From positions 8,236 through 72,235 of the forward strand of contig JAZKFB010000001.1 in the NCBI GenBank assembly GCA_040386695.1: 64,000 nt of DNA, given 5' to 3'. Below the pieces are notes generated by a model. It saw nothing but the letters and a program-made list of their open reading frames with translations. It made no database searches and was not told the origin of the DNA. This document shows positions 43,417 through 54,216 of the stretch, in pieces. This DNA comes from Verrucomicrobiota bacterium (GTDB lineage Bacteria > Verrucomicrobiota > Verrucomicrobiia > Verrucomicrobiales > V1-33). Each line of letters starts with the position of its first letter. The first letter of the stretch is position 1. Position numbers and translations under genes: made by a program.

Positions 43417-46400
43417 GGGTCCTCAGGGAAAACGGAATAAATCGTACGCTAAGGGCTGAAGCCGGGCCTGAGTGGCCGCAATTTACCCGCTCTGTCCTTG
43501 GAAAGTGCGGGCCAGAGATAATCACCGCTCAGATTGATGTGTTCTCAGCCCAGCGGGGACGGATATTGCAGAAGCTGGTCATCATCAGCGGCATCTTTCC
43601 TGCTGAGGGATTCGATGCAGCGCTGCAGGTAGGTGGTGTTCCAGAGGACGATGGCGGCGATGACGAGGCTGAGATCGCTGGCGCGGTGACGCTGCTGGTC
43701 GAAGCTGCGGTCCCGGATTTCGCCGAGGCGGTGGAAGAAGACTGCCCGCGCCAGGGCGTTGCGGGCCTCGCCTTTGTTGAGTCCGGCATGGCGCGCCGGC
43801 GCAGTTCCGTGCTTTGCAGCCACGTGAGAATGAAAATGGTGCGCTCGATCCGCCCGAGTTCGCGCAGCGCCAGAGCGAGCCCGTTTTGCCGGGGGTAGGC
43901 GGCCAGCTTCCGGAGAATGAGTGAGGCGGTGACTGTGCCCTGCCGGATGGAGGGGGCCAGGCGCAGCAGGTCCTCCCAGTTGGCTTTAAGGTGGGACAGG
44001 TTGATTTTCCCTCCGATCAGGGATTTCAGGGCGGGATAGTCCGCCTCCGGCCTGGGCACAAAGAGGCGGGTCTCGTTCAGGTCCCGGATACGCGGGGCAA
44101 ACTTGAACCCAAGGAGGTGCATCATGCCGAAAACATGGTCGGTGAACCCGGCGGTGTCGGTGTAGTGCTCCTCGATGCGCAGATCGGACTCATGATAGAG
44201 AAGCCCGTCGAGGACATAGGTGGCATCCCGCACGCCGACATTGACCACTGTGGTGCTGAAGGGAGAATACTGGTCCGAGAGGTGGGTGTAAAACATCCGT
44301 CCGGGATCGGAGCCATACTTCGGATTGACGTGTCCGGTGCTCTCAGCGCGTCCGCCGGATTTGAACCGCTGGCCGTCTGATGAGGACGTGGTGCCGTCGC
44401 CCCAGTGGCGGCGAAGGGATGCCGGAGCTGGGCATTGACCAAGTCAGCCAGCGCGGCCGCATAAGTGTCATCGCGGATGTGCCATGCCTGCATCCATGAG
44501 AGCTGGGAATAGGGAATGCCCGGACTGGAGGCCGCCATTTTCACGAGTCCGAGATTGATGGCGTCGGCCAGAATAGCGGTGAGGAGGAGCGCTTTGTCTT
44601 TGACCGGTTCCCCGGTTTTCAGGTGCGTGAACTGCCGGGTGAAGCCCGTCCAAGCGTCAACCTCCAGGAGCAGTTCCGTGATTTTGATGTGCGGCAGCAG
44701 GGCCGCCGTCCGGTCGATCAGCTCCTGGGCGGCGGGGGGAACAACCGCGTCCAGCGGAGTCATTTTAAGCCCGGCTTCGGTGATGATGGCGTCCGGCAGA
44801 TTATTGGTCAGAGCCAGCCCGTTCACGATTTCAAACTGCTCCTCCAGCAGGGTGGTCCGCTCTCTGATCCAGTCGTCCCCGTCGGTTTTCACGGACAGCG
44901 GAATGGTGCCTGTTTTCCTCAGCTCCCCGAAAGCCGGAGCGGGAATGAGGTAATCCTCAAAGTCCTTGAACTGGCGTGAGCCTTTGACCCAGATGTCGCC
45001 CGAGCGCAGGGCGTTTTTCAGTTCGCACAAAGCGCAGAGCTCGTAGTTGCGCCTGGTCCGTGCGCACCAGCTTTTCCCAGCGCTTTCTGATGAAGGCCGT
45101 GGGCGCGCCCGCAGGCAGCTCTTTTAAAGACCCAGCATGAAGCGCCTGAATTTGCTCCACAGCCTCCAGCACCGGCCGGCCGGCGGGAGCGGCTTTGAAC
45201 TGAAGTGCTTCCAGCATAGCGGGCGCATAACGGCGGATGGTCGGCCAGCTCTCCGCCAGCAGGTGGAGGAAATCGAACTCCTCCGGCTGGGAAAGTTTGC
45301 CGGTCTCCGCGACACCGGCCGCGAACTCCTCCCATGGCATCACGTTCTCAATGGCCGCGAAGGCATCGCCTCCCTCCGCCTTCGCTTTCACCAGCGCGCG
45401 GCCGATCTTTCCATAAAGCAGAAGCTGGTCGTTGATCCGGCGGCCGGACTGCTGGAAACGCTGCTGATGTTTGTGGCGGGCCGCATTGAGCAGCCTGCCG
45501 ATGATGCGGTCGTGAAGATCAATGATCTGGTCGATCACCGTGGCCGTGCCCTCGACAGCCAGAGCCACTAGGGTGGCATATTTCCGCTGAGGCTCATACT
45601 TTCCAAGGTCCCGCGAAGTCATCTGCCCGCCCTCACGCGCCATCTTCAGCAGGCGGTTCTGATGAATCCGACGGTCCAGACCATCCGGAAGCCCCAGAGA
45701 CTGAAATTCCCGGAGCCGGTCAATGTGCTCCATCATCTGGCGCGAATTGGGCTTCAGAGGGGACTGGCGCAGCCATGTGATCCACGTCAGACGGGTGCCC
45801 GGTTTCACCCTCAGCCACGCGTCCAGCCTCTCCTGCTGAGCTGTGGAGAGTGAATCCGCAAGAAGGGCACAAACTCTCCGATTGGCCTCGGTGATGGATG
45901 ACGCGCAGAGCCGGTCCAGCACTTCCACCGGAGGAGCAGCCACTTTAAGACGCCGCCATTCCTCCATGGCTTTGGCCGCCAGCAGAGCCCCTTTGTCCGT
46001 CCGCATGGCGAGCGCGCACAAAAACGACCTCGAACGCCGGAAATCACTGAGCCTGAAGGGCGTGAGCTCCAGCCAGGACCGGAGTTCCACCAGATGCTCC
46101 CGGCGGGTCTGTGCCCGGGAGGCATAAGACAGCCAGCAGGAGGTATCGATCCGGAGCTGACGCCCAACCCATTGGATCACGGTATCGCTGACCTCCCTCC
46201 CCGCCTCCAGTCCCCGCCCCGGAAACCGGAGCAGGCAAAGCTGCACCGCAAAGCCCAGCCGGTTGGCCTCGCCCCGCCTCTGCCGGATGAGGGAGAGATC
46301 CCTTTCGCTGAAGGAATAATGTCTGGCGAGCTCCTCCTCCGTTGCGGGTGGAGACATCAAATCTGAACGCTCGGCGGGGGTCAGGAGAGATTTACGGGGC

Positions 46401-46503
46401 ATTTTCCTCCGCTACCCCATGCGGAAACTCCCCTAAACAGAGTCTGCACCCCGGGCGTGGAGCCTTAGCGTGCAATTTTTTCCTTTTTCTGTGATCACCC
46501 CCC
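43417..46503. mobile_element. Minimal Tn3-family element (IR-tnpA-IR, no resolvase or cargo), decayed
   Basis: The left IR at 43417-43454 is GGGTCCTCAGGGAAAACGGAATAAATCGTACGCTAAGG. The right IR, read on the reverse strand, is GGGGGGTGATCACAGAAAAAGGAAAAAATTGCACGCTAAGG and ends at 46503. The two IRs are about 29/38 identical and both resemble Tn21. No 5-bp target duplication is evident. Confidence 0.8.
43449..46402 (-). pseudogene. tnpA: Tn3-family transposase, multiply disrupted
   Basis: The N-terminus is MPRKSLLTPAERSDL...RLGFAVQLCLLRF. The reading frame jumps at about 45.0, 44.2 and 43.8 kb. TGG has become TGA at 43545-47, inside SPLG(W)[11 protein letters not shown]. The reconstructed frame stops at a TAG inside the IR (43449-51), as in Tn21-type elements. 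Confidence 0.85.
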
Positions 46504-46566
46504 ATTGGACCAGTCGCCGGCAACGGGAACCAGTGATTGGCCCCCGCGCGGCGGAGATCATGATTC

Positions 46567-49500
46567 TCAGCCACCGGGTGTTGTCAGGGAAAACCGCAGA
46601 CGCAGAAACCGCGAGGGACTCTCCCCTGCGGGCACAGTGTCCCGGAAGGTGACGAATTTAAAACCGGAAGGCGCGGGGACTGCGCCGGCGGGGACGGGGA
46701 CCGCAGGGGCGGGAGTCCAGACAGATCCTCCGTTCCCGCTCTCCGCGGACAGAATGGCCTCCTCCGCCTGGGTGCTGATCCGCCATGTGGCAGTAAGAAA
46801 ACGCGCTCCGCCGCCGCCGCCGGCCGCTTCCGTCAGATGCACTGCGGCGGGCTGCCTGAGTCCCGTATTTCCGTCCGCAAGAACCGGCACGCCTCCGAAG
46901 ACGTATTCCTCCAGATTGCTCAGACCATCGCCATCAGCGTCCGCCTGCGGAAGAGTTTCCGGCAGATCGCGCGCGGCCCCGCCCTCAGCGGAGGAGCGTG
47001 AGGCCAAAGCAAAATATCGGTCCTGCCAGGCATTCCAGGTCAGAGGCGCGGCGAACCCCGCCGGAGCGCCGCTCCAGAAGCCGCCGGTGGTCCAGCTGGC
47101 GGGGAAACCGGGGTCGGGCGCGGCGGCCGGATTCCTCAGCACCAGCGCCGGCCCGCTCCCGTCCGCCGCTGCGGGCCAGGGGGCGGCATCATCGTAGCCA
47201 AAGGCCAGAACCGTGTCCGGCAGATCATCCGCGTCCGGTCCGTCCGCGCCCGTGAAGCGCAGGAACTCCCCGGCGTTGTCCAGCTTCCCGCTGTAAGCTC
47301 CGGCCACGCGGGCGGCGGCATCCGTGCCGTAGCGGCGGCGGAAGGCTTCCGCGTTTTTCACCAGCAGCACGGACTGGCCGGGGCTGAGCGTTCCGATGCG
47401 GCTCTGCGCGAAATCGAAGGTGATGCCCTCCGCAGCCCGCAGAGCGCTAAGGTCCACATTCCGGGAGCCAATGGCGGTGAGCTCGATAAATTCAAAATCA
47501 TCGGCATCATCAAATCCCTCCGCAGCCTCTTCCGCTGATGATCCGGGAGGATGGTAAAGAAGCTGGCTCAGCACCAGATTCCCTGCGGCGGCGGGTACGG
47601 GCGGGGAGGCGAAATCAGCCTCCGTCAGGGCGCTCCATTCGCCGGTGGAGGCATTCCGAACCCGCGCCTTCACGGTGACGGCGGGCAGGGCGGACAGGTC
47701 CAGGGCGGTGGTGTGAACCTGCGCGGTGGCCGACACTTCGCCTCCAAAGGCCCGCGGGTCCGTGTTGTCGAGCGTGAAATAAATAACGCTTCCGGCCGGA
47801 ACGGAGGGGGGAACGGCCAGACTGAGTTTTTCCCCCGGATCCAGCGCTCCGCCGTGATGGCTCAGCACCGGAGGCTCGGTGGATGGCCAGAGGCCATGGC
47901 GCCTGAAAATCCCGGTTCCGGAGACGCCCGCGCCGCCGAAGAGATGGCTGCGCCGTCCGCCGGAGGCCCGGACCCAGTTCGTCCAGAAGCTTTGATTCAC
48001 CGCCTGCCCGTGCGTGAACTGCAGCAGCGGCTGGAAGGCCGCGACCAGCGCATTCTTTTCCCTGACAAGACTGGATCCGGTCAAATCCCGGTCATCCAGC
48101 GCGCCGCCGTTGAAGAAATGCCGCTGGATGCGGTCGGCAAAACGAAGCCTCGCCTCCGCGCTGGCATTGATGGCGCGGAAGAGCGCGGGCAGACTGCCGT
48201 TCAGGCTTTTCAGATCGCTCTGGATCGTGTCAAAACTGACCGGTTTATTCGTGTTGTGCGCGAAGCTGATTTCGGAATCCCACAGGTACAGTCTCCAGCG
48301 GCCCTCCAGCCGGCGCTCGCGGGCGGCGACCCAGTTGTTGTTCGGCCAGTCGCCCTGCGCCGTGTAGGTGTTGATCAGGAAATAATCGATGATCTCATCC
48401 AGATCGATGGCGGCCATCGCCGCGTCATAGTGCGCCCGCTGCGCCAGATTTTTGGTCAGCGCGGCCATCATTGATTTCCAGCTGTCGGTGTCGCCGTCCT
48501 CCACGGCGTCGCGGATGATGATGTCCCAGTCCGGACCGCCGCCGTGATGCTGCTGAAAGAAGGAGGTCCGGTAACGCTCCACGGTGTTGTAGAATCCTTT
48601 GTAGATTCCGTTGATGTAAAGAGTGTTCAGCACCCCTTTGGAGACCGGATGCCCCATGCGGATAAAGGTGCGGCGGATAAGCTCGTCCTTGATGAAGGGA
48701 TTCTGGATATCATTCTTCCCGGCGCGGGCCCTCAGATTATCGAAGGTCCGGACAGGATAATCCTCCCCGAAAACCGGATACTTCAGCTCCTCCGCGCCAT
48801 AATCCCCGCGGAAGAGAATATTCCAGCTGGGCTTTTCCACGGGCAGCGGGGCAAAGGGGGACTCCGCCGTGCGCTGGAGCTGCAGGCGCGGACGGCTGTA
48901 AGGGCTGCTGGCCAGACGCAGGCCCGCCGCCTCCTTAAAACCCGGGCGGCCATCTCCGGGATACCATTCCACAAAAATGGAGCGCTCATACGGGCGTCCC
49001 TGCATGAGGGCGATGTTGTAGTCGTCCGTGCGGGTGGAGACCCAGAGATCCGCGGGGTAGGCGCCGCCCTGGATGGCGGCGATGCCGAAGGGTTTATAAA
49101 AATCCCGTCCCGGGTCCCCCGTGAAAAGCAGCGCCGTCGCCGTGCGCAGCCGGGGATCCTGATCGATCAGATAGGTGGCGGAACTGGTTTCCGAGGGCAC
49201 GGCCTCCCTGAGAAAAGCCCGGGCGCGCAGCGCGTGGCCGGTTTTCGCCGTCAGGGGATTCAGTGTCAGGGGCGCGGTGTAAAGCGCGCCCCTGTCCGCC
49301 CGGGGCTCCGTGCCGTCCAGTGTATAGCGGATTTCCGCGCCGGGCGTGGCGCTGGCCAGGGTCACGGTCCGCGCTCCGCTGTAAAATCCGCCGGGCGGTG
49401 AGAGCACCGGTGCCACCGCTTTGAGCGCGAACGATGGCCCCGTATTGACGGCTCCCGGCGTGGGCACGCTGAAAAAGACGTGTCCGCCGGATTCTGAAAC

Positions 49501-50574
49501 CCCATAGCTGTGAAAAGCGTCCTGAGGCGGATAGGCCAGGCTGTTCCGCAGCGCGCCGGCCGGGTCGAAAAGCAGCACCTCCTCGCCGCCCCGGCTCAGC
49601 TTGAAGGAGGCGTGCAGGTATTTGAGACCCGGCAGCGCGTTGTTCTCATCGCAGAGGACCAGCAGCCGCTCTCCGGGCGCGATCACCGTGTTTTCCGGAA
49701 AGCGCCACTGACCCGGCTTTGCGGGATCATCGGTCAGCGTCCAGCCGGCCAGGGAAACGGCGGCGGCTCCGGTGTTGTGCAGTTCGATCCAGTCCGCGAA
49801 GGGCGGAAAATCAGGAAAGGGCGCGGCTTCCCCGGGCTCGCCCTGAGTGTTGGGGACGGGTGGAAGATTCGGTTCAAAAATCCCGCCCGAGGGCTCGCCG
49901 CGGGTGGCGTGGAAAGCCCAGGTGTCCCCCCGGATCACCGGCGTTTCCGCCCCGGCGGCTCCGGGGCTGAGTTCCAGCGAGGCATCAAAACGCAGGTTTC
50001 CCTTCGCATCCCTGGAGTAGTTATGCACCTGAAACGCCAGAAGGTTCTCCCCCTCTTTCAGCAGTCCGTCCAGGCCGGTGAGGGTGAATGTCTGCGCCAC
50101 CGAGGCGCTGGTGGCTTCCGTGAAGGCCGTGTGATCCGCCCCCGCGAAATAACCCTTCGGACCCAGCCGGGCGCGGGCGATTTCCCTTCCGTTCAGATAG
50201 GCGGCAAAACCGTCGTTGTACTGCACGGAGAGCTTCAGGGTGGCCGACGAGGCCGCGCCGGCGGACAGGGTGAAGGTTTTCCGGGCATACAGCGAGGGCG
50301 TGATGCCGTTCATTCCAACCGCCAGATCGGTGGCCAGACCCGTGAAGCCGAACCCGAGCGGCGCTTTGCCGGAGGCCCAGGCCGCTGCCGGAAACTCCGC
50401 GTCATACCAGACCGGGCCGGTCCCCGCCACCGTCCGTCCTTTTTCATCCTGCCGCAGCAGGCGCTCCGAGGGCGCGGCGTGAAGCTCACTGATCACCACC
50501 TGCGCGCCCGCCGGCAGAGCGTGGGCTGGAATAAGAAAAGCCATCGCCGCGGCGGACGGAATAAAACGGTTCAT
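46567..50574 (-). CDS. Giant secreted protein with lamin-tail (LTD) domains, a CotH kinase-like domain and chitobiase-C-like modules
   Basis: A signal peptide is followed by VVISELHAAP (LTD). WIELHNTGAAAVSLAGWTLTDD is a second LTD. GAEIRYTLDGTEP and VIYFTLDNTDP are the chitobiase-C-like modules. The CotH-like block is IKDELIRRTFIRMGHPVSKGVLNTLYINGIYKGFYNTVERY. DDFEFIELTAIGSRNVDLS is a third LTD, and a DADGDGLSNLEEY motif is also present. Confidence 0.75.
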   Translation of the reverse strand: MNRFIPSAAAMAFLIPAHALPAGAQVVISELHAAPSERLLRQDEKGRTVAGTGPVWYDAEFPAAAWASGKAPLGFGFTGLATDLAVGMNGITPSLYARKTFTLSAGAASSATLKLSVQYNDGFAAYLNGREIARARLGPKGYFAGADHTAFTEATSASVAQTFTLTGLDGLLKEGENLLAFQVHNYSRDAKGNLRFDASLELSPGAAGAETPVIRGDTWAFHATRGEPSGGIFEPNLPPVPNTQGEPGEAAPFPDFPPFADWIELHNTGAAAVSLAGWTLTDDPAKPGQWRFPENTVIAPGERLLVLCDENNALPGLKYLHASFKLSRGGEEVLLFDPAGALRNSLAYPPQDAFHSYGVSESGGHVFFSVPTPGAVNTGPSFALKAVAPVLSPPGGFYSGARTVTLASATPGAEIRYTLDGTEPRADRGALYTAPLTLNPLTAKTGHALRARAFLREAVPSETSSATYLIDQDPRLRTATALLFTGDPGRDFYKPFGIAAIQGGAYPADLWVSTRTDDYNIALMQGRPYERSIFVEWYPGDGRPGFKEAAGLRLASSPYSRPRLQLQRTAESPFAPLPVEKPSWNILFRGDYGAEELKYPVFGEDYPVRTFDNLRARAGKNDIQNPFIKDELIRRTFIRMGHPVSKGVLNTLYINGIYKGFYNTVERYRTSFFQQHHGGGPDWDIIIRDAVEDGDTDSWKSMMAALTKNLAQRAHYDAAMAAIDLDEIIDYFLINTYTAQGDWPNNNWVAARERRLEGRWRLYLWDSEISFAHNTNKPVSFDTIQSDLKSLNGSLPALFRAINASAEARLRFADRIQRHFFNGGALDDRDLTGSSLVREKNALVAAFQPLLQFTHGQAVNQSFWTNWVRASGGRRSHLFGGAGVSGTGIFRRHGLWPSTEPPVLSHHGGALDPGEKLSLAVPPSVPAGSVIYFTLDNTDPRAFGGEVSATAQVHTTALDLSALPAVTVKARVRNASTGEWSALTEADFASPPVPAAAGNLVLSQLLYHPPGSSAEEAAEGFDDADDFEFIELTAIGSRNVDLSALRAAEGITFDFAQSRIGTLSPGQSVLLVKNAEAFRRRYGTDAAARVAGAYSGKLDNAGEFLRFTGADGPDADDLPDTVLAFGYDDAAPWPAAADGSGPALVLRNPAAAPDPGFPASWTTGGFWSGAPAGFAAPLTWNAWQDRYFALASRSSAEGGAARDLPETLPQADADGDGLSNLEEYVFGGVPVLADGNTGLRQPAAVHLTEAAGGGGGARFLTATWRISTQAEEAILSAESGNGGSVWTPAPAVPVPAGAVPAPSGFKFVTFRDTVPAGESPSRFLRLRFSLTTPGG

Positions 50575-51228
50575 GTTGTCTTGTTATGGGTAGGAAAGGT
50601 TTAAAAAATGGACGATGGGGAGAGAGCGGAGGCACACGCCCCCTTTTCTTTGTTTCCCCCAAAGGATCAGCCGCGGGGCTGGAGGACAGCCGGAAGGACC
50701 GCGGTGGCGGTGTCCGGGCCTCCGTGGCCGGAGGACGGTGGTGTGGAAAGCTTTCGCCACTCCCCGCAGCCCACCGGCAGGGAGATGGCGAACCGGTTTC
50801 CGGAAACAGCCGGAAGCCGGAGAATGGCGGGGCTCAAAAGTGCAGGACGGCGGGAGCCCGAAAAATTAAACAAGGGGGTGAAAATCATGACAGGAAATCC
50901 ATGGTACGGAAACTCCCGGAGGAGCGGATGCGGGGCATCCCCTATGGAGGAAATGCTTTTCCCGACGGATTTCCGCAGGTGCGGTGGTTCCTGTTACTCC
51001 GCCTGTCAGCGGTCATATCCGGGGGATGCGGGGAGAGATAAAAGTGTTTTTCAGGAACACAAGTAATATCCCACTGATTTTGTATGATTTTCATTGACCG
51101 AGCCGGATCCCTGTTTGAAAGGTGACCTCCAAGGGCTGACCGCCGCGCGTGGCGGAAGCGTTGTTTGTTGGCTGCGGAACCACCGGAGACCGCAGCGGTT
51201 TACCGGCCTCGGAAGAGGCTGTCCCTTT

Positions 51229-53169
51229 ATGAAACTCAGCATTCCCTCAATCACTCTGAAACGTGCCCCGCGCCGCGGCATTCCCGCCATGCTCCTGCTG
51301 GCCTTTTATGCCCCGCTTCAGGCCGGGGCGGCAGATCCCGCGGGGGCCGTCAAAAAACCCAATATTCTGCTGATTGTGGCCGATGATCTCGGCTACGGCG
51401 AGACCGGTTTCCAGGGATTCGCCAAAGACATCCCCACACCGCATCTGGACAGCATCGCCCGGAACGGCACGCGTTTCACCAGTGGCTACGTCAGCGGCCC
51501 CTACTGCAGCCCCACGCGGGCGGCACTGCTCACGGGGCGTTATCAGCAGCGTTTCGGTCACGAATTCAATCCCGGCCCGCCGGTGACCGCCGGGCAGAGT
51601 GCAGGCCTGCCGCTGGAGGAGAAAACCATTGGTGACCGGCTGAAAGCCGCCGGTTACGCCACCGGCTGGTTCGGGAAATCCCATCTGGGAAACACCCCGG
51701 AGTTTCATCCGCTGAAACGCGGATTTGACGCCTTCTACGGATTCCTCGGCGGGGCGCATTCCTATCTGAAAACCGGCGACGGCGTGAACGCCATCCTGCG
51801 CGGCACCGAGCCGGTGCGGGACAGCGGATATCTGACCGAGGCCTTTGGCCGGGAGACGGTGAGCTTCATCGAAAGCCGCAAAGATCAGCCCTGGTTTGTG
51901 TATCTGGCCTTCAATGCCGTGCATTCCCCGCTGGAGACCACGGAGAAATACGAAAGCCGCTTTGCCGGCATCAAGGACGGGAAACGCCGCAAATTCGCCG
52001 CTCTGCTCTCCGCTCTGGATGACGCCGCGGGCTCTGTCCTGACAAAAATCCGGGAACTCGGACAGGAGGAGAACACGCTCGTTTTTTTCTTCAGCGACAA
52101 CGGCGGCCCCACGGCGCAGATCACCTCCGGCAACGGCCCGCTGCGCGGCTTCAAGGCCCAGACCTGGGAGGGCGGCGTGCGCGTGCCCTTCGCCGTGCAG
52201 TGGAAAGGGCATATTCCCGCCGGCAAAACAGACGACCGCCCGGTGATCCAGCTGGACGTCCTGCCCACGGCTCTGGCCGCCGCCGGAGTGGAGAAGCCGG
52301 AGAAAATCGATGGTGTGAATCTGCTGCCCTATCTGAGCGGGGAAAAAGCAGAGGCTCCGCATGAGGCGCTTTACTGGCGCTTCGGCCAGCAGCTCGCCGT
52401 GCGCCAGGGCGACTGGAAGCTGGTGAAAGCCCCTGAGGGCGGTGGGCTGGACGGGGCGAACAACGCCGCCGGCCCCGCCACTGCGGAGGGCGCGCAGCTT
52501 TACAATCTGGCGGCGGACATTGGGGAGAAAACCAATCTGGCGGACAGGGAACCCGGGAAACTGAAGGAGTTAACCACGCTTTGGAATGAGTGGAACAAAG
52601 GACTCACCGCACCCAGGTGGCGTCCCGGTCCCGGCCGCAATAACCGGAACAGCGGCGCGGACGCCAAAGCGGATACGGTCTCCGCTCCCGCGGGAGCGGA
52701 AACAGCGGTATCCGCAGCTTGTCCGTGGAAAGCCGGTGACAGCGTGGACGGAAAAGCCGCACCGCAGGTGGCAGGGCGGGGGCTGCGCCTTTCCGCCGAG
52801 ATTGAAGCCCGGGCTTCCGATGGCGTGATTGTGGCCCAGGGGGCGAAAGTAAATGGTTATGCGCTGTATCTGAAGGACGGAAAACTGGCGCTCGCGGTGC
52901 GCGCCGCCTCCAGTCTGAGCACGGTGGCCGCCACGGGAGTCCTGCCCGCCGGCCGGCAGAAGGTGGAGGCCCTGGTGGAGCCGGACGGCGCGGTGACGCT
53001 GCTGCTGAACGGCAAAAAAATCGGTGAGGGAAAACTTCCGCAACTGATCGCCCGCCAGCCCGGCGAGGGTCTGACCGTCGGCGGAGACGGTCATGGAGCA
53101 GTGGGGGAATATGATGCGCCAAACACCTTCCAGGGGATTGTGGAAAACGTGACCGTCAGTCTGCGCTGA
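51229..53169 (+). CDS. Arylsulfatase (formylglycine type) with a C-terminal LamG-like domain
   Basis: The signal peptide starts at MKLSIPS. Motifs include DDLGYGE, the sulfatase signature CSPTRAALLTGR and GKSHLG. A C-terminal extension of about 200 aa follows. Confidence 0.9.
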   Translation: MKLSIPSITLKRAPRRGIPAMLLLAFYAPLQAGAADPAGAVKKPNILLIVADDLGYGETGFQGFAKDIPTPHLDSIARNGTRFTSGYVSGPYCSPTRAALLTGRYQQRFGHEFNPGPPVTAGQSAGLPLEEKTIGDRLKAAGYATGWFGKSHLGNTPEFHPLKRGFDAFYGFLGGAHSYLKTGDGVNAILRGTEPVRDSGYLTEAFGRETVSFIESRKDQPWFVYLAFNAVHSPLETTEKYESRFAGIKDGKRRKFAALLSALDDAAGSVLTKIRELGQEENTLVFFFSDNGGPTAQITSGNGPLRGFKAQTWEGGVRVPFAVQWKGHIPAGKTDDRPVIQLDVLPTALAAAGVEKPEKIDGVNLLPYLSGEKAEAPHEALYWRFGQQLAVRQGDWKLVKAPEGGGLDGANNAAGPATAEGAQLYNLAADIGEKTNLADREPGKLKELTTLWNEWNKGLTAPRWRPGPGRNNRNSGADAKADTVSAPAGAETAVSAACPWKAGDSVDGKAAPQVAGRGLRLSAEIEARASDGVIVAQGAKVNGYALYLKDGKLALAVRAASSLSTVAATGVLPAGRQKVEALVEPDGAVTLLLNGKKIGEGKLPQLIARQPGEGLTVGGDGHGAVGEYDAPNTFQGIVENVTVSLR

Positions 53170-53186
53170 ACAGTTCATTTCCACTG

Positions 53187-53227
53187 CACGGCTGACGGCG
53201 TGAGGAAGCTCCCGCGTGTCAGCCGTG
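53187..53227 (+). terminator. Hairpin after the sulfatase gene
   Basis: CACGGCTGAC-(21 nt)-GTCAGCCGTG forms a perfect 10-bp stem, followed by the T-rich CCATGCCTGTTTCTTCC. Confidence 0.35.
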
Positions 53228-53332
53228 CCATGCCTGTTTCTTCCGGCGGGCATGGGGTGGCCACCGCCGTCCGGGATGCCCGGAAACTCCACTTCCGGAA
53301 TAACGGAGTTCCGGTTTAAAAAATTGAAACCG

Positions 53333-53698
53333 ATGAACGATTACAGCTGCCGGAATCACAGCATGAGTTTTTACCTGCGGGAGCATCTCAGGAAAAAACT
53401 GCACGCCTTCATGGGCGGCCGACTGCTGGCCCTCGGATTGGCCGTCCGGGTGGTTTCGGCCGTTCTGGTGCCTGTCATGACCGGCGCGCTGCTGGTTCAC
53501 CTGCCCAACGGCTGGATGTTCACCGCCCCGGGCGGAGGCTGGGAATATCCCGCTTTTCTTATCGCGTCTCTCGCCGCCCAGTTTTTCCTTGCAGGCGGTG
53601 CTTTCGCTTTGGGATCAGCGGGGGAGAAAGCCAAAGTGAGGTGTGGTGGATTTCCGAACCGCCCTGAAAATGTGTTATTCTGGACTCAGGCGGCCTAA
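53333..53698 (+). CDS. DoxX-family membrane protein, apparently only the C-terminal half
   Basis: [33 protein letters not shown]...GGWEYPAFL matches the distal DoxX helices. The usual N-terminal helices are not present. The start is uncertain. Confidence 0.45.
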   Translation: MNDYSCRNHSMSFYLREHLRKKLHAFMGGRLLALGLAVRVVSAVLVPVMTGALLVHLPNGWMFTAPGGGWEYPAFLIASLAAQFFLAGGAFALGSAGEKAKVRCGGFPNRPENVLFWTQAA

Positions 53699-53700
53699 TA

Positions 53701-54216
53701 CTACAGTTGGAGATATTTCAAAGCTTTCCTCCGCCTGAAATGAAAATACCTGGCCATGCTCTGATGATCCGCGCGCCAGTTGAGCCAGTGAACGAACCTT
53801 TCCACCGGGGAGGGACGCGCATGGAACAGACGGGAAAGAAGCCTGCGCACTTCCTGCACGCTCACCCGGACTGCTCCCGCCGCTTTTTTTAAACTCCGCC
53901 AGAGAGGATGGCTTCCGGCTTTTCTCCGGTGCCGGCGGTGGCGGGAAGATCTTTGAGCGCGAAATGACCAGCGCGGCATGGGCCATCATGGCCAGAGTGA
54001 TGTGCCGGTGCCATCGCACCTCATAATGATCCAGCCCCATCTCCCCCTTCGCGCTCTCAAAGCACTCCTCAATGCGCCAGCGGCCTCCACCGCCTCCTCA
54101 AGTTTCGCTGTTCTCCGGCAGAGTATGCCACCTCCGAAGGATCAGAAATGCCCCGCCTGAAAAGCACACGCCTGGACCATATTCTGTCATAAGGATGATT
54201 CACATCCATCCACGCC
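53701..54216 (-). pseudogene. IS701-family transposase, C-terminal part (frameshifted)
   Basis: [36 protein letters not shown] is present. The C-terminal [10 protein letters not shown]...[22 protein letters not shown] lies in another frame, and its stop is inside the terminal IR. Confidence 0.7.

Noticed and set aside
43281-43898. A 205-aa plus-strand ORF spanning the Tn3 IR and the tnpA 3' end.
   Set aside because: It reads through the inverted repeat and is antisense to recognisable TnpA sequence, so it is spurious. The VLRENGINR peptide shared with the ORF at 29755-30336 is simply the IR translated.
50575-51228. Three overlapping ~150-aa ORFs in the divergent region between the CotH/LTD gene and the sulfatase gene.
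   Set aside because: All three frames are open over the same purine-rich stretch, which signals composition rather than coding. The sulfatase signal peptide starts at 51229.
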